Assembly (NCBI GenBank): GCA_965215885.1
Contig: CBDCEW010000080.1
Location: forward strand, 1 to 64,000
Direction of reading: 5' to 3'
Source: Candidatus Moanibacter sp.
Lineage (GTDB): Bacteria; Verrucomicrobiota; Verrucomicrobiia; Opitutales; UBA2987
DNA length: 64,000 nucleotides
Under the pieces are notes generated by a model that saw only the letters and a program-made list of their open reading frames with translations, was not told where the DNA came from and did no database searches. Shown here piece by piece: positions 42,303 through 51,587 of the stretch. The first letter of the stretch is position 1; each line of letters opens with the position of its first letter. The position numbers and the translations under genes are program-made.

Positions 42303-42823
42303 TTTTCGCTCAAGTAAAGCCGTGCGAACAACTCCTCGCGCTTTTCCTCCGGAATGGGAAATCTCTCGAGCGCTCGCCGGTAACGTTCGGCATTACGGTC
42401 AACGGCAAAGTAGCTGCACTCGGAAAAAAACTGAGGTCGCGGCGCAGCGAGTAGATTCCGAGGATAGTCACGGCATCGCCCGGGCCGTGAGTGGTAGGAG
42501 TCACAGAGTTTCGTGGCGGGATCATAATGGGTGCACCGAAACACCATATGTCTGTTTCTCAAGTCGATCTTCAACAATTCAAATCCATTGATCACTCGGT
42601 GCCAGGTGGTGAGCATCCATCGATAGGACCGCAAGTAAAACAGGGGTGAGGGGCTTCTCACGACCGGAGACTCGCAACAAAGGCCGCAACTGTTGCAGCT
42701 CCCTCCGAGAATATACCGGCGCTCACCTTCCGTCCGACGGATAGCTCGCGTGACCTTGAGATCGATGGAGTACATACCCAAGGCGATGCGTTTCACGAAT
42801 GTCCGTATAGGTCCGTCTTTCAT
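42299..42823 (-). CDS. YkgJ-like CxxCxxCC cysteine-cluster protein
   Basis: CNSCGLCC...C..Y..RP..CRDYP. Confidence 0.85.
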   Translation of the reverse strand: MKDGPIRTFVKRIALGMYSIDLKVTRAIRRTEGERRYILGGSCNSCGLCCESPVVRSPSPLFYLRSYRWMLTTWHRVINGFELLKIDLRNRHMVFRCTHYDPATKLCDSYHSRPGRCRDYPRNLLAAPRPQFFSECSYFAVDRNAERYRRALERFPIPEEKREELFARLYLSEK

Positions 42824-42912
42824 CCTAAATCTCAGGCATGATTTCTACGAAATAATGGAATTCTTCACGTCCTGTTCGCTTTGGGCAAGAGTCGATTTCC
42901 AATATCTCTGAA

Positions 42913-43094
42913 CTAGCCCGGACATTTCACACACTTCGTAGCGAGACTGCGTAGGTTGCTGCGTATCAAAGCCTTTACGCAGTCCGGCGGGCGACAGCGT
43001 GTTTTGACCCTCTGAGGTCGCCGGGCAAGGGAAGGCTTTGAGGCGCAGTGAGATCCGCAGTCGCAGCAGATGGTTTGTGAAATGTTCGGGCTAG
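42913..43094. mobile_element. 174-bp MITE flanked by CTAG
   Basis: CTAG-CCCGGACATTTCACA...TGTGAAATGTTCGGG-CTAG. An inverted copy of its left end lies at 40785-40817. Confidence 0.8.
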
Positions 43095-43137
43095 CCCTCC
43101 CGCGACCGATTCTGGTTGTTTTCAACGAATGAGGTCC

Positions 43138-43664
43138 ATTGACCAAAGGCCCTAAACGGCGAATCTGGTTTCGGGCAATGCGGACGGAGTAATCCCCCGG
43201 CCTCGCGCCGGGGATTTTTAGGTTCCCGGCTACCCCAAAACTGCTCTTTACCTCTCAGATCCTCCGGGCTTGCACCGGAGAGTCTCAGGTTTTCCTGCTC
43301 CTTCGCTCCGTGTTCTCGATAGGGTGCACTGTCGCTTGGAGTTCCTAAACAACGTATGGTCAATAAGATGTGCTTGGATGCCAGGCGCTAGCGGTGAAAC
43401 CTAACGATCCCCGGGACAAGCCCGGGGGATTCGTTGATTTTCAAGCTCATTAGGTGTAGCTCGAATCCTCAACTTACCCCACGACAAGCGTGGGGGATGT
43501 ATATTGTAACCACGAGCGGAAACCCTTGAAGCGGCCCCATCCCGATTGATCGCTTGGGGAAACTTAGGGGCACGCTGGGCCCGAGAGTCGAGTCCAAGGA
43601 GGTTTCACAATTCATTCAACTAACTGAATATAAGTATATTACGAAACTTGAGGTGACTCCAATG
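43138..43664. mobile_element. Diverged second copy of the 573-bp hairpin-rich element (left end lost)
   Basis: Same order of hairpins and conserved blocks as 24863-25435; ends CCAATG followed by CGCTGAGCAGGA. Confidence 0.75.
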
Positions 43665-43704
43665 CGCTGAGCAGGACGAGCTCTGCCGTACGGCAGAGCG
43701 CTAT

Positions 43705-45045
43705 TCAGGTTCCCAGCTCCTCCTGCAATTCGGTGATTCCCTCATCCAAAATGCCGACGATTTCATCAATCTGCTCCCGAGTGATGATGAAGGGCGGCGC
43801 AAGGCGAATGTCATCGCCACTTTTCCATTCCTTTGAAGAGCCAACGATAATACATGAGAGACCCTTTTCCATAAAGATTCGTTGAAGACGCTTATGCACT
43901 TCCGCTGATGCGGGGAGGGGCTCTTTTGTTACCCGGTCTTTGACCAACTCTAAACCAAACAGCAGACCCTTACCTCGCATCTCCCCAACGATCGGATGCT
44001 TCTTCAACTCTTCAGCACGCACAAACAGATAGTCGCCGGTTTCTGACACGTGCTCGATCAGGTTTTCTTCTTCCATGATATCCAGCACTTCAAGTCCGGC
44101 GCGAGCGGCAACGGGATTGTTGACGTAAGTAAAAATGTGGGGAAAGGCTTCCCCGGTTTCGGTCAGCGCATCGCGTATCTTTTCTCTGAATAGCACACCG
44201 CCGAGCGGACAGTAACCACTGCTGGCGCCTTTCCCGAAGACAATCATGTCCGGCAGGACATCCCAGTGCTCGATAGCGAAAAACCTGCCGGTTCTTCCAA
44301 ATCCGCTGATGACTTCATCGACGATGAAGAGGACGTCGTGCTTGTCACATATTTCGCGGATGCGCGGGTAATAGTCGGGTGGTGGCGTGGATGCGGCTAC
44401 CCCGGCCATACCCACCGGCTCCGCAATGAACGCCGCTACGTTTTCCGGACCGGTTTCGAGGATGGTTCTCTCCAGGTCATCGGCGCAGGCCAGATTGCAT
44501 TTGCCTTCGCAGCCTTGAAACGTACATCGATAGGGATAGCAGGTGGCGATATGCGGAAAGGGCAGCAGCCACGAATCGAAGTTCCGCCGCAACCAGGGCA
44601 TACCCGTGAGGGACAGGGCGCCGAGGGTGGCGCCGTGATAGCTCCGCCAGCGGGCGATAACCTGCCGCTTATTTGGATTTCCGCGCTGCTGATGATACTG
44701 CCGGACCATCTTGAGGGCGCTCTCATTTCCTTCCGAGCCGCCCGAAACAAAGTAAACATGATTCAGGTCGCCCGGTGCAATCGAAGCGATTCGGTCGGCC
44801 AGCTCAAGCGCCGGTTGATTCGCGAATTGCGTCGAAAAGACGTAAGCGAGCGTTTCGGCCTGCTTTGCCATCGCTTCGGCGATGCGCCGGCTGCCGTGCC
44901 CCAGGATGACGTTCGTCGCTCCCGCGCTGCCATCGATGTAGCGCTTGCCCGCCTCATCATAAAGATAGATACCCTCACCCCGGACGATGACCGGATAATG
45001 GTAGGTCGGATCGCGATGCAGAAGTGCTGATTTTGCTTTCGACAT
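43705..45045 (-). CDS. Class III PLP aminotransferase
   Basis: SGGSEGNE, SYHG, DEVISGFGRTG, FGKG. Confidence 0.95.
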   Translation of the reverse strand: MSKAKSALLHRDPTYHYPVIVRGEGIYLYDEAGKRYIDGSAGATNVILGHGSRRIAEAMAKQAETLAYVFSTQFANQPALELADRIASIAPGDLNHVYFVSGGSEGNESALKMVRQYHQQRGNPNKRQVIARWRSYHGATLGALSLTGMPWLRRNFDSWLLPFPHIATCYPYRCTFQGCEGKCNLACADDLERTILETGPENVAAFIAEPVGMAGVAASTPPPDYYPRIREICDKHDVLFIVDEVISGFGRTGRFFAIEHWDVLPDMIVFGKGASSGYCPLGGVLFREKIRDALTETGEAFPHIFTYVNNPVAARAGLEVLDIMEEENLIEHVSETGDYLFVRAEELKKHPIVGEMRGKGLLFGLELVKDRVTKEPLPASAEVHKRLQRIFMEKGLSCIIVGSSKEWKSGDDIRLAPPFIITREQIDEIVGILDEGITELQEELGT

Positions 45046-45411
45046 ATTTGATTCACACAAGCGTGATTACTCAGTACTCAGGTTCACGGTTCAACGATTC
45101 TTTGGTTTGTTCTTTTTGCGTTCCTCATATTTCTTCAGATATTTGATCTTCAAACCTTTCAATCTTCATTGTTCCCTAATGCGGCCTTCGGCCGCAACCA
45201 AATTGGAAGGCTGAAAAGACAGAAGAGGGGTCACAGAGGGCCACAGAGAACCACAGAGGCACACAGAGGTGACTTGGGTGGAAAATTTCAGGGTGAATTT
45301 ACGATCTTGCTTTGCTTCGGGAAGGTCGCCCAAGCCTTGGCGACACCCACTTCGCACTGACCGCTGCATCGATAACAATGGAGTAGAAGAATCTGAAGAT
45401 TCCTGACGGGT

Positions 45412-45601
45412 TAGAAAATTGGGAGGAGTCGACTTCGCCTTGCGCGGAGCGCGGTGCAAACGGTCAGGGAAGCATTTACGAGAGCGCAAACTGACTTTGA
45501 GCCAAGAGAAAACGCTCTCGTAAATGTTTCCCTGACCGTTTTGCACTCTGCCGTAGGGCAGAGCGGCAGAGCAGGCGAAGTCGACTCCTCCCAATTTTCT
45601 A
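45412..45601. repeat. Four-way-junction palindromic element, divergent copy
   Basis: Perfect 29-bp inverted repeat TAGAAAATTGGGAGGAGTCGACTTCGCCT, inner stem, and side hairpin CTCTGCCGTAGGGCAGAG. Confidence 0.8.
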
Positions 45602-45759
45602 CCTTTCCAGGTAACATTCTCCGTGGTCCTCTGTGGTTCTCTGTATTACAATCCGGCCGAACCTTGTTTTTCTAGCAAGTTTTTGCGTCGAAGAGGTTGG
45701 TATTCAAAAAACTGCAGTCGAAAAGGTTTGGGATCCCGCTAAGCGCATACGCGTAAACC

Positions 45760-45960
45760 TTATTTTCGCAACTTAGTCAGATTCAAAGACTTGCGAGGTA
45801 TTTTGCGGCGGAGTATGAGGGTGTCTCTATCCTCGAGGTTCCACTCCATTTGTTCGCCCTTTTCTATTTGCTTCGTTTCGACCACAGCGGTGAGGAAATT
45901 CGCAGTTGAGCGAGTGCATTTTGGCCGGGTTATCTTCTCTACTTTTACCGTCTACCCCAT
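45760..45960 (-). pseudogene. Small AbrB/MazE-like passenger gene with a premature stop at codon 3
   Basis: MG*TVKVEKITRPKCTRSTANFLTAVVETKQIEKGEQMEWNLEDRDTLILRRK...; the KGE..EW..ED...L.L pattern suggests a swapped-hairpin fold. Confidence 0.55.
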
Positions 45961-46023
45961 TTTTTTTCACTTTGGCAGCATTTTATACTGTACATTCGTT
46001 CATATATAGGATTTATCCTTCGG

Positions 46024-47351
46024 ATGCAAAGTATAAAAAAAGCTGATTGTATCCGTCAAACCTTCCGTAAGTTGAACCTCACAGCCCTCGCTAAACAGAG
46101 TGGTTTTAGAGAGAGGAAATCGCGCAAGATCTCCCCTCTGAACTTTGTTTTGGCTTTGCTGGCGATGGCTTCTAAGGGGGCCTTGTCCCTTGGCAAAGAA
46201 GCCGAGCTTATTGGATTCTTAGCCAACCGCACCATTTCCAGACAAGCGGTCCAAAAGTGCGCCAAAAAAGCCACCGCTTTTATGACCTTAGTGCTCCTGA
46301 GGCTTTTAGAACTTAAAGCTTATGGGCCTGTGGGCAGAGCTGTTCCAAATTGCATGAGGAGCTTTGAACGGGTTCTCATTGCCGACAGCACTTCGATTGG
46401 CTTGCCTAAGGTCCTGGCCCCCTTCTTCCCCGGAGCGTCCAATCAGACAGGCTCCAAACAGGCTCAACTGAAGATTCAGGCCTATTACGATCTGCGCAAT
46501 GAATCCTTCGTTGACTTCAGCCTCAGTAGCTTCCGAAAAAACGATCAGGCTGCTTCCAAAGACATTCTCGCTCTCGCTCAACCCAACGACTTGATCCTGC
46601 GCGACTTAGGCTATTTTGTCCTCGATGTCTTTAAGCAACTCGATCAGCGCGGCTGCTTCTTTGTGAGTCGTTTGAAAACCGGCACTTGCCTTTTAGCCAA
46701 CGAAGGCGATGAAGAGCTCGATCTACGCAAACTCCAAACAGGCTTTACGTGGCCAAAAGCTTCTCGATATGCCCGTTCGGGTGGGTAAAAAAGCCAAGCT
46801 TCCGGTTCGTCTGATCGCCGTCAAACTCCCTCAGAAGGTGGCCCATAAACGCCGCCGCGAGCATAGACAAAACCGCGACAATAGACTTCGATATACCAGC
46901 CGCACCAGCTTCCTTCTCGGTTTCCAAATCTTTATTACCAACCTCCATCAGAAAGACTTTAGCCCTAAGCAGATTCTGAGCTTTTACGGGCTTCGCTGGC
47001 GCATCGAAATTTTCTTTAAGGCCTTTAAGCAACATCTTAATCTCGGTCAGGTCAAAGAGACTACTCCCTACCAGGTTGAGCTTCTTATCTACGCCCGTCT
47101 CATCCTCATTACCCACTTACTCAACTTCGTCTATGGTCCCCTTAGACACTATTCGAATACCAGTTTGTCCTCTCCTCTGAGTATCCTTAAATTCTCCTAC
47201 TGGTTTGGCTTCTTTGCTCCCTACTTCTTCATCCTCTCTCACCTTCCCAAAGATCAGATCATCCCCCGATGGCTCAAACAAATCCCCAAACACTGCACCT
47301 ATGAAAAGCGTTCTCGTCTTGATTTCCTCTCTTGTTTCTTCTCCTTAGGTT
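46024..47351 (+). pseudogene. IS4-family DDE transposase, frameshifted near 46720-46745
   Basis: IADST, LRDLGYF and the YREK motif (YGLRWRIEIFFKAFK). The native stop (TTAGGTTAA) is displaced by the nested insertion. Confidence 0.88.
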
Positions 47352-49725
47352 CAGAACTCGCTATCATGCGGGTTGGCGGGCAGGGGGCAATCGCAGATAC
47401 AATTCCCGGCTTTTAAGAGCTAAAGAAAACGGTAGGCTTCATCTTCGAACCATCAAATTCGAAGAAAAATGGAGAAACCTACCGTCAAAGAAGAGACCTT
47501 CTTACAGTGCATCCTTGGAGTGGACAAGGGTAATCCCTCGATCACGGTCTATCGGGATCTGAGGGAAGGCAAACTGCACGTCTATTACGGGCATGAGCTT
47601 TTTGAAGTCGTAGAGGACGATCGGGAGCAAGTTGAATTCAAGCTATTGGAGGGGCGCCTCTACAATGCGGGGTTGAAGAAAGGGCGCTTAGAGAAGCAAT
47701 TTGAGGTTGACCCCAAAACGATGAAGCGGTGGGGGGAGGCGCTTCAAAGCGGAGATGCCGAGACCTTAGCGCGAGTGCTGGCGGGACGCAGCGCTCATCG
47801 CAAATTGACGAGGGAAATCCGGAGTTTTGTGCGGGTGCGCTTCGGGCAGATCTATGGGGAGAGTCGGTATGGCTACAGCAAGAAGATACGGGGGGAGATC
47901 GAGGAGGTGTTCGGAGTTAACCTCAGTGGGGAAACTTTGCGCCCTGTCTTTAAGGAGCTTAAAGAGGCCCGGGCAAAGGAGGCCGAAGCCGAGAGGGCGC
48001 AAAATCGGGAGACTCCCTGGGATTGCCCGGAGGACTCGGGGAGGGACGAACAGGAGCAAGAAGCAGAAAATAGCCCCGAAAGCGAAGGGGACAATCGCAA
48101 GGGGTCTCCCGATTTTTCGAGGGAGAGCTCCGAAGCGGTGCAATGGTATCGGCACCTGGGAGTACTTCTGTTCAGTGCCGCGCTCAGAGAAGTCGCTCAG
48201 ATTGATCGCGAAGAGGGCTGGCTTTTGAAACAATGGGTGGCTTGCGGGTTGTTGGCCGCGGTCAATATCGAGCAGAGCAAACTGCTCGATCTCGAAGACC
48301 TGCAAAAACTCATCGGGCGAGTCCTGTATACCCCCTATCTGCAACGCCAAAGCCTTAGCGCCCTGGCCGATGAAGGGCTTTTAAGAGAGATCCTCAGAGT
48401 GAACGCGAGGGGCCTGAATGCTTCGGATGAAGAGAGCTTTTATTATGATCCGCACACCAAACATTACACCGGAATGAGCAAGGTGCTGGCGGGATGGTGT
48501 CCGGGTATCCGTCTGGCCGACAAAGCGCTCCACAGCGATTTTATTCATACCCTCAAGGGCTATCCGGTCTATTTTGCGAGCACCGACAACTATGAGGATA
48601 TAAGGGAACGGTTTATCCCCAACTGCGAAGCGATGCTCGAGCTGGTGCAGCTGCCGGCTGATAAAAAGGTGAGTATTTACGTGGACCGGGCGATCGCCGC
48701 GGAGTGGTTTTACGAAGCCATCGTGGAGCACCCTCAACTCGAAATCATTACCTGGGAAAAAGGTTACAAGGCCAGCGCCCAGCCCCTCCAACGGATCGAC
48801 GGGCAGTTGCGCCTGCAGCGCGCGCGCAACCATGCCGAAGATCTCCAGGAGTATCATCTTCGCTATCAGCGGGGCCCCTGGAAGAAAAATCCTCAACTGG
48901 TGCAGTGGATCGTGGAGGCGACCAATCCAAAAAATCGAACCATTACCGTGAGCATCCTGGCGACCGATCAGCAGGCCCGAAATGAAGAGGTAATCAAAGG
49001 GATGTTCAGTCGCTGGATTCAGGAGAATGACTTCAAATACCTCGATAAGCACTTTGGGATTAATCAGATCACCTCTTATCGCACCGTCCACTACAAGCGA
49101 TTAGCCCAACACCTTGAGGACAAGCAGGAGAAAAGCGGTGCCGCCAAAGCCCTCCTGAAGCAAAAACAGCAATGCACCGAAGAATTGAAAAGACTGCTCC
49201 TGGCCGAGCATGCCCACCCGGGCAAAAGCGCCTCAAGGGGCGAAAAGATCCGTCGACTCGATCAGGCCCTCAAAGCCCTCCAACTCGAACTGGAGCAAAT
49301 CGACACCGAATGCTCGAGGCTGCAGCGCCTCATTGATGAAAACTATGTCCGCCTGGACACCGCTAACAAGTCCCTCATGGATGCCTTGAAAATCTTCGCC
49401 CGTAACAGCTTCTACAAGCAGCTCGAACCCTTTAAAGCTCGCTACAACAACTATCGTGACGACCACGATCTGTTTCGCAATTTGACTCACAGTGACGGCG
49501 TTCTTATAGAGAGGGGCTGTGCGGTCGAAGCGCATTTATTCCCCACCGCAACTTATCCCCCTCGGGTGCAGGCGGTGGTGCTTGAGTATCTGCAAACTCT
49601 CAATCAGAAGCCCTTACTGATGCCCGACGGTTCAGGCCGAAGAATCATCTTCCGACTGGGCAAAAAATCGGGATTTAAACTTGCGATTGCATAGTGCCTT
49701 TAGAGGGGCAATATAGTGAGGTCTG
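47352..49725 (+). mobile_element. 2374-bp insertion sequence with 5-bp target duplication
   Basis: Termini CAGAACTCGCTAT and ATAGTGAGGTCTG; AGGTT at 47347-47351 and 49726-49730. Confidence 0.88.
47469..49694 (+). CDS. Large (741 aa) putative DDE transposase
   Basis: HTH-like N-terminus; candidate triad in YYDPH, YVDR and RWIQENDFKY; fills an inverted-repeat and TSD-bounded unit. Confidence 0.82.
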   Translation: MEKPTVKEETFLQCILGVDKGNPSITVYRDLREGKLHVYYGHELFEVVEDDREQVEFKLLEGRLYNAGLKKGRLEKQFEVDPKTMKRWGEALQSGDAETLARVLAGRSAHRKLTREIRSFVRVRFGQIYGESRYGYSKKIRGEIEEVFGVNLSGETLRPVFKELKEARAKEAEAERAQNRETPWDCPEDSGRDEQEQEAENSPESEGDNRKGSPDFSRESSEAVQWYRHLGVLLFSAALREVAQIDREEGWLLKQWVACGLLAAVNIEQSKLLDLEDLQKLIGRVLYTPYLQRQSLSALADEGLLREILRVNARGLNASDEESFYYDPHTKHYTGMSKVLAGWCPGIRLADKALHSDFIHTLKGYPVYFASTDNYEDIRERFIPNCEAMLELVQLPADKKVSIYVDRAIAAEWFYEAIVEHPQLEIITWEKGYKASAQPLQRIDGQLRLQRARNHAEDLQEYHLRYQRGPWKKNPQLVQWIVEATNPKNRTITVSILATDQQARNEEVIKGMFSRWIQENDFKYLDKHFGINQITSYRTVHYKRLAQHLEDKQEKSGAAKALLKQKQQCTEELKRLLLAEHAHPGKSASRGEKIRRLDQALKALQLELEQIDTECSRLQRLIDENYVRLDTANKSLMDALKIFARNSFYKQLEPFKARYNNYRDDHDLFRNLTHSDGVLIERGCAVEAHLFPTATYPPRVQAVVLEYLQTLNQKPLLMPDGSGRRIIFRLGKKSGFKLAIA

Positions 49726-49779
49726 AGGTTAACGCAAATGCGCTGAGGCGGGATCGGTAGTGAGAAGAGCGGGCTGCTG

Positions 49780-50163
49780 ATGGGCTGCGAAACAAAGCGG
49801 CTCTGGCGCCTGCTTTCGGAATACGAAAAGCTAATCGCGGAAGAGAAGCTCGCCTGGCGAAAGAAGGACCTTCAATACGCGGAGGATCTCCTCGAGCAGA
49901 AAGAGGCTCTTATAAAGCCCTTGGGGGATGTGGCCCGGGCGTTGGAGATTAGTGGACGCTCATCGCCGGAAATCCGCATTCGTCTGCGAGGATTGCAGGA
50001 GGAGCAACGAGAGAATCTCAGCCTCATCAACCTGCAAGTTGAGACGACAAAGAACGAACTGAAGTCGATCGAAAGTGGAAGAGTGAGGATTCAACAGTTC
50101 AAAAATACCTACGTCGCCGCGGGTCGGTCCGACGAACCTCCCCTCTCCCGATTCAAAGCATGA
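49780..50163 (+). CDS. Coiled-coil hypothetical protein, possibly FlgN-like
   Basis: 127-aa all-helical ORF; resemblance to flagellar export chaperones judged by eye only. Confidence 0.45.
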   Translation: MGCETKRLWRLLSEYEKLIAEEKLAWRKKDLQYAEDLLEQKEALIKPLGDVARALEISGRSSPEIRIRLRGLQEEQRENLSLINLQVETTKNELKSIESGRVRIQQFKNTYVAAGRSDEPPLSRFKA

Positions 50164-50307
50164 AACGCAGCGGTTCCTGTTGCCTGCGAAATCCACACCT
50201 ATTGCGGATTTGCTTGTGCCTGCGCTACCTCGGTGCTTAAGCCCGATGGACTGCCTGCAGCCGGCCACCGGCCGCGAGGCATCTCTGGAATTGGTTAGAA
50301 AAGCAGG

Positions 50308-50580
50308 TTAATAATTATCTCTCCGTGGCGGACGCTCATCTCTCGGTCGCGCTTGATTGACCTTGATGCTTCTTCCGCTCACTGAACTACCATCCAGGGA
50401 CTTGATCGCTTCTTCCGCTTGTGCTTGGTCTGGCATCTCAACAAAGCCAAACCCTTTTGAACGGCCGGTGTATCGATCCGTAATTATGGATACGGTTGAT
50501 ACTTCACCATATTCGGTGAAGATATCTTTCATTCCGTCCTCTGTCGTATCATAGGGCAAGTTGCCAACATATATATTCAT
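50308..50580 (-). CDS. RRM RNA-binding protein
   Basis: RNP2 IYVGNL and RNP1 KGFGFVEM. Confidence 0.97.
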   Translation of the reverse strand: MNIYVGNLPYDTTEDGMKDIFTEYGEVSTVSIITDRYTGRSKGFGFVEMPDQAQAEEAIKSLDGSSVSGRSIKVNQARPRDERPPRRDNY

Positions 50581-50792
50581 CTTATTTTTTCTCTAATCTG
50601 TACTTTTGTCTGAGATAGCATGGTATCGACCAGTTCAAAGCGTAATCAACCCTAAATTTTTGAGCGTATTTCCACAACTGATGCTTCCATTAAATAAAGA
50701 GGCTAGATACAAATTCCGGTATTGTAAAATATGTTTTATACAATCTACCGTGATCGGGACATCAGCTCGCCTTTCGAACTCTGTCGCTGTAA

Positions 50793-51587
50793 TTAACTGC
50801 TTGCCACCGCTCTTTCCAGAGAAAGCGACTTGAGTTTTTCAACCCATTCGAATGTTCCCGATTTCCCATCGCATGCGGCCATCCTAACGACCTCACCGAC
50901 AACCACGGTGGCGGGAGGCTGCAAGCCTTCAACTCGTTTCCGGATATTGCCGAGGCAACCCAGGAAAACTTTTTGCTCGCTCGTAGTGGCATTCTCCACG
51001 ACTGCAACGGGAGTCTCCGGTGACCGCCCGTATTGCAGGAGCTTCTCGACAATCACATGCACCCGGCGTGCACCCATTAGAAAGACAGCCGTTGGAATCC
51101 TCACAGCAAGCTCCCAATCGACTCCCGCACCACTTCCATCAAAGGCCGCGTGGGCAGAAAAGACGGCAAAAGACGAGGCTGAACCACGCAGTGTAAGGGG
51201 AATACCGGCGCTGGCCGGGGCTGCATAAGATGCGCTCACACCTGGAATGACCTCATATTCGATCCGTGCCTTCCGAAGTGCGAGCACCTCTTCGCCGCCG
51301 CGACCGAAGACAAAGGGGTCGCCGCCCTTCAAACGAACCACTAGCAGTCCTCGACGCGCATAGGCAACCATCATCCGTTCGATTCGACGCTGCTCATCGA
51401 AAGGCGTGGAATTGCTCCGTTTTCCGACATAGACTCGAAACGCGGATAGGGCATGATCGAGCAATTCAGTATTTACGAGCCGGTCATATAACACGACGTC
51501 TGCCCCGCGCAGCGTTTGAACGGCTTTCAAAGTGATAAGGGCGGGATCACCGGGACCTGCCCCCACAATATATACTTTTCCGATCAT
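50793..51587 (-). CDS. cobA: Uroporphyrinogen-III C-methyltransferase
   Basis: VGAGPGDP, YDRLV, RLKGGDPFVFGRGGEE. Confidence 0.95.
   Translation of the reverse strand: MIGKVYIVGAGPGDPALITLKAVQTLRGADVVLYDRLVNTELLDHALSAFRVYVGKRSNSTPFDEQRRIERMMVAYARRGLLVVRLKGGDPFVFGRGGEEVLALRKARIEYEVIPGVSASYAAPASAGIPLTLRGSASSFAVFSAHAAFDGSGAGVDWELAVRIPTAVFLMGARRVHVIVEKLLQYGRSPETPVAVVENATTSEQKVFLGCLGNIRKRVEGLQPPATVVVGEVVRMAACDGKSGTFEWVEKLKSLSLERAVASS

Larger units (their letters stand above)
45746..49740 (+). mobile_element. IS4-family element with a nested transposon in its right inverted repeat
   Basis: Ends CATACGCGTAAACCT and AGGTTAACGCAAATG; flanks CGCTAAGCG and CGCTGAGGCG within a GATCC...GGATC palindrome. 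Confidence 0.8.
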
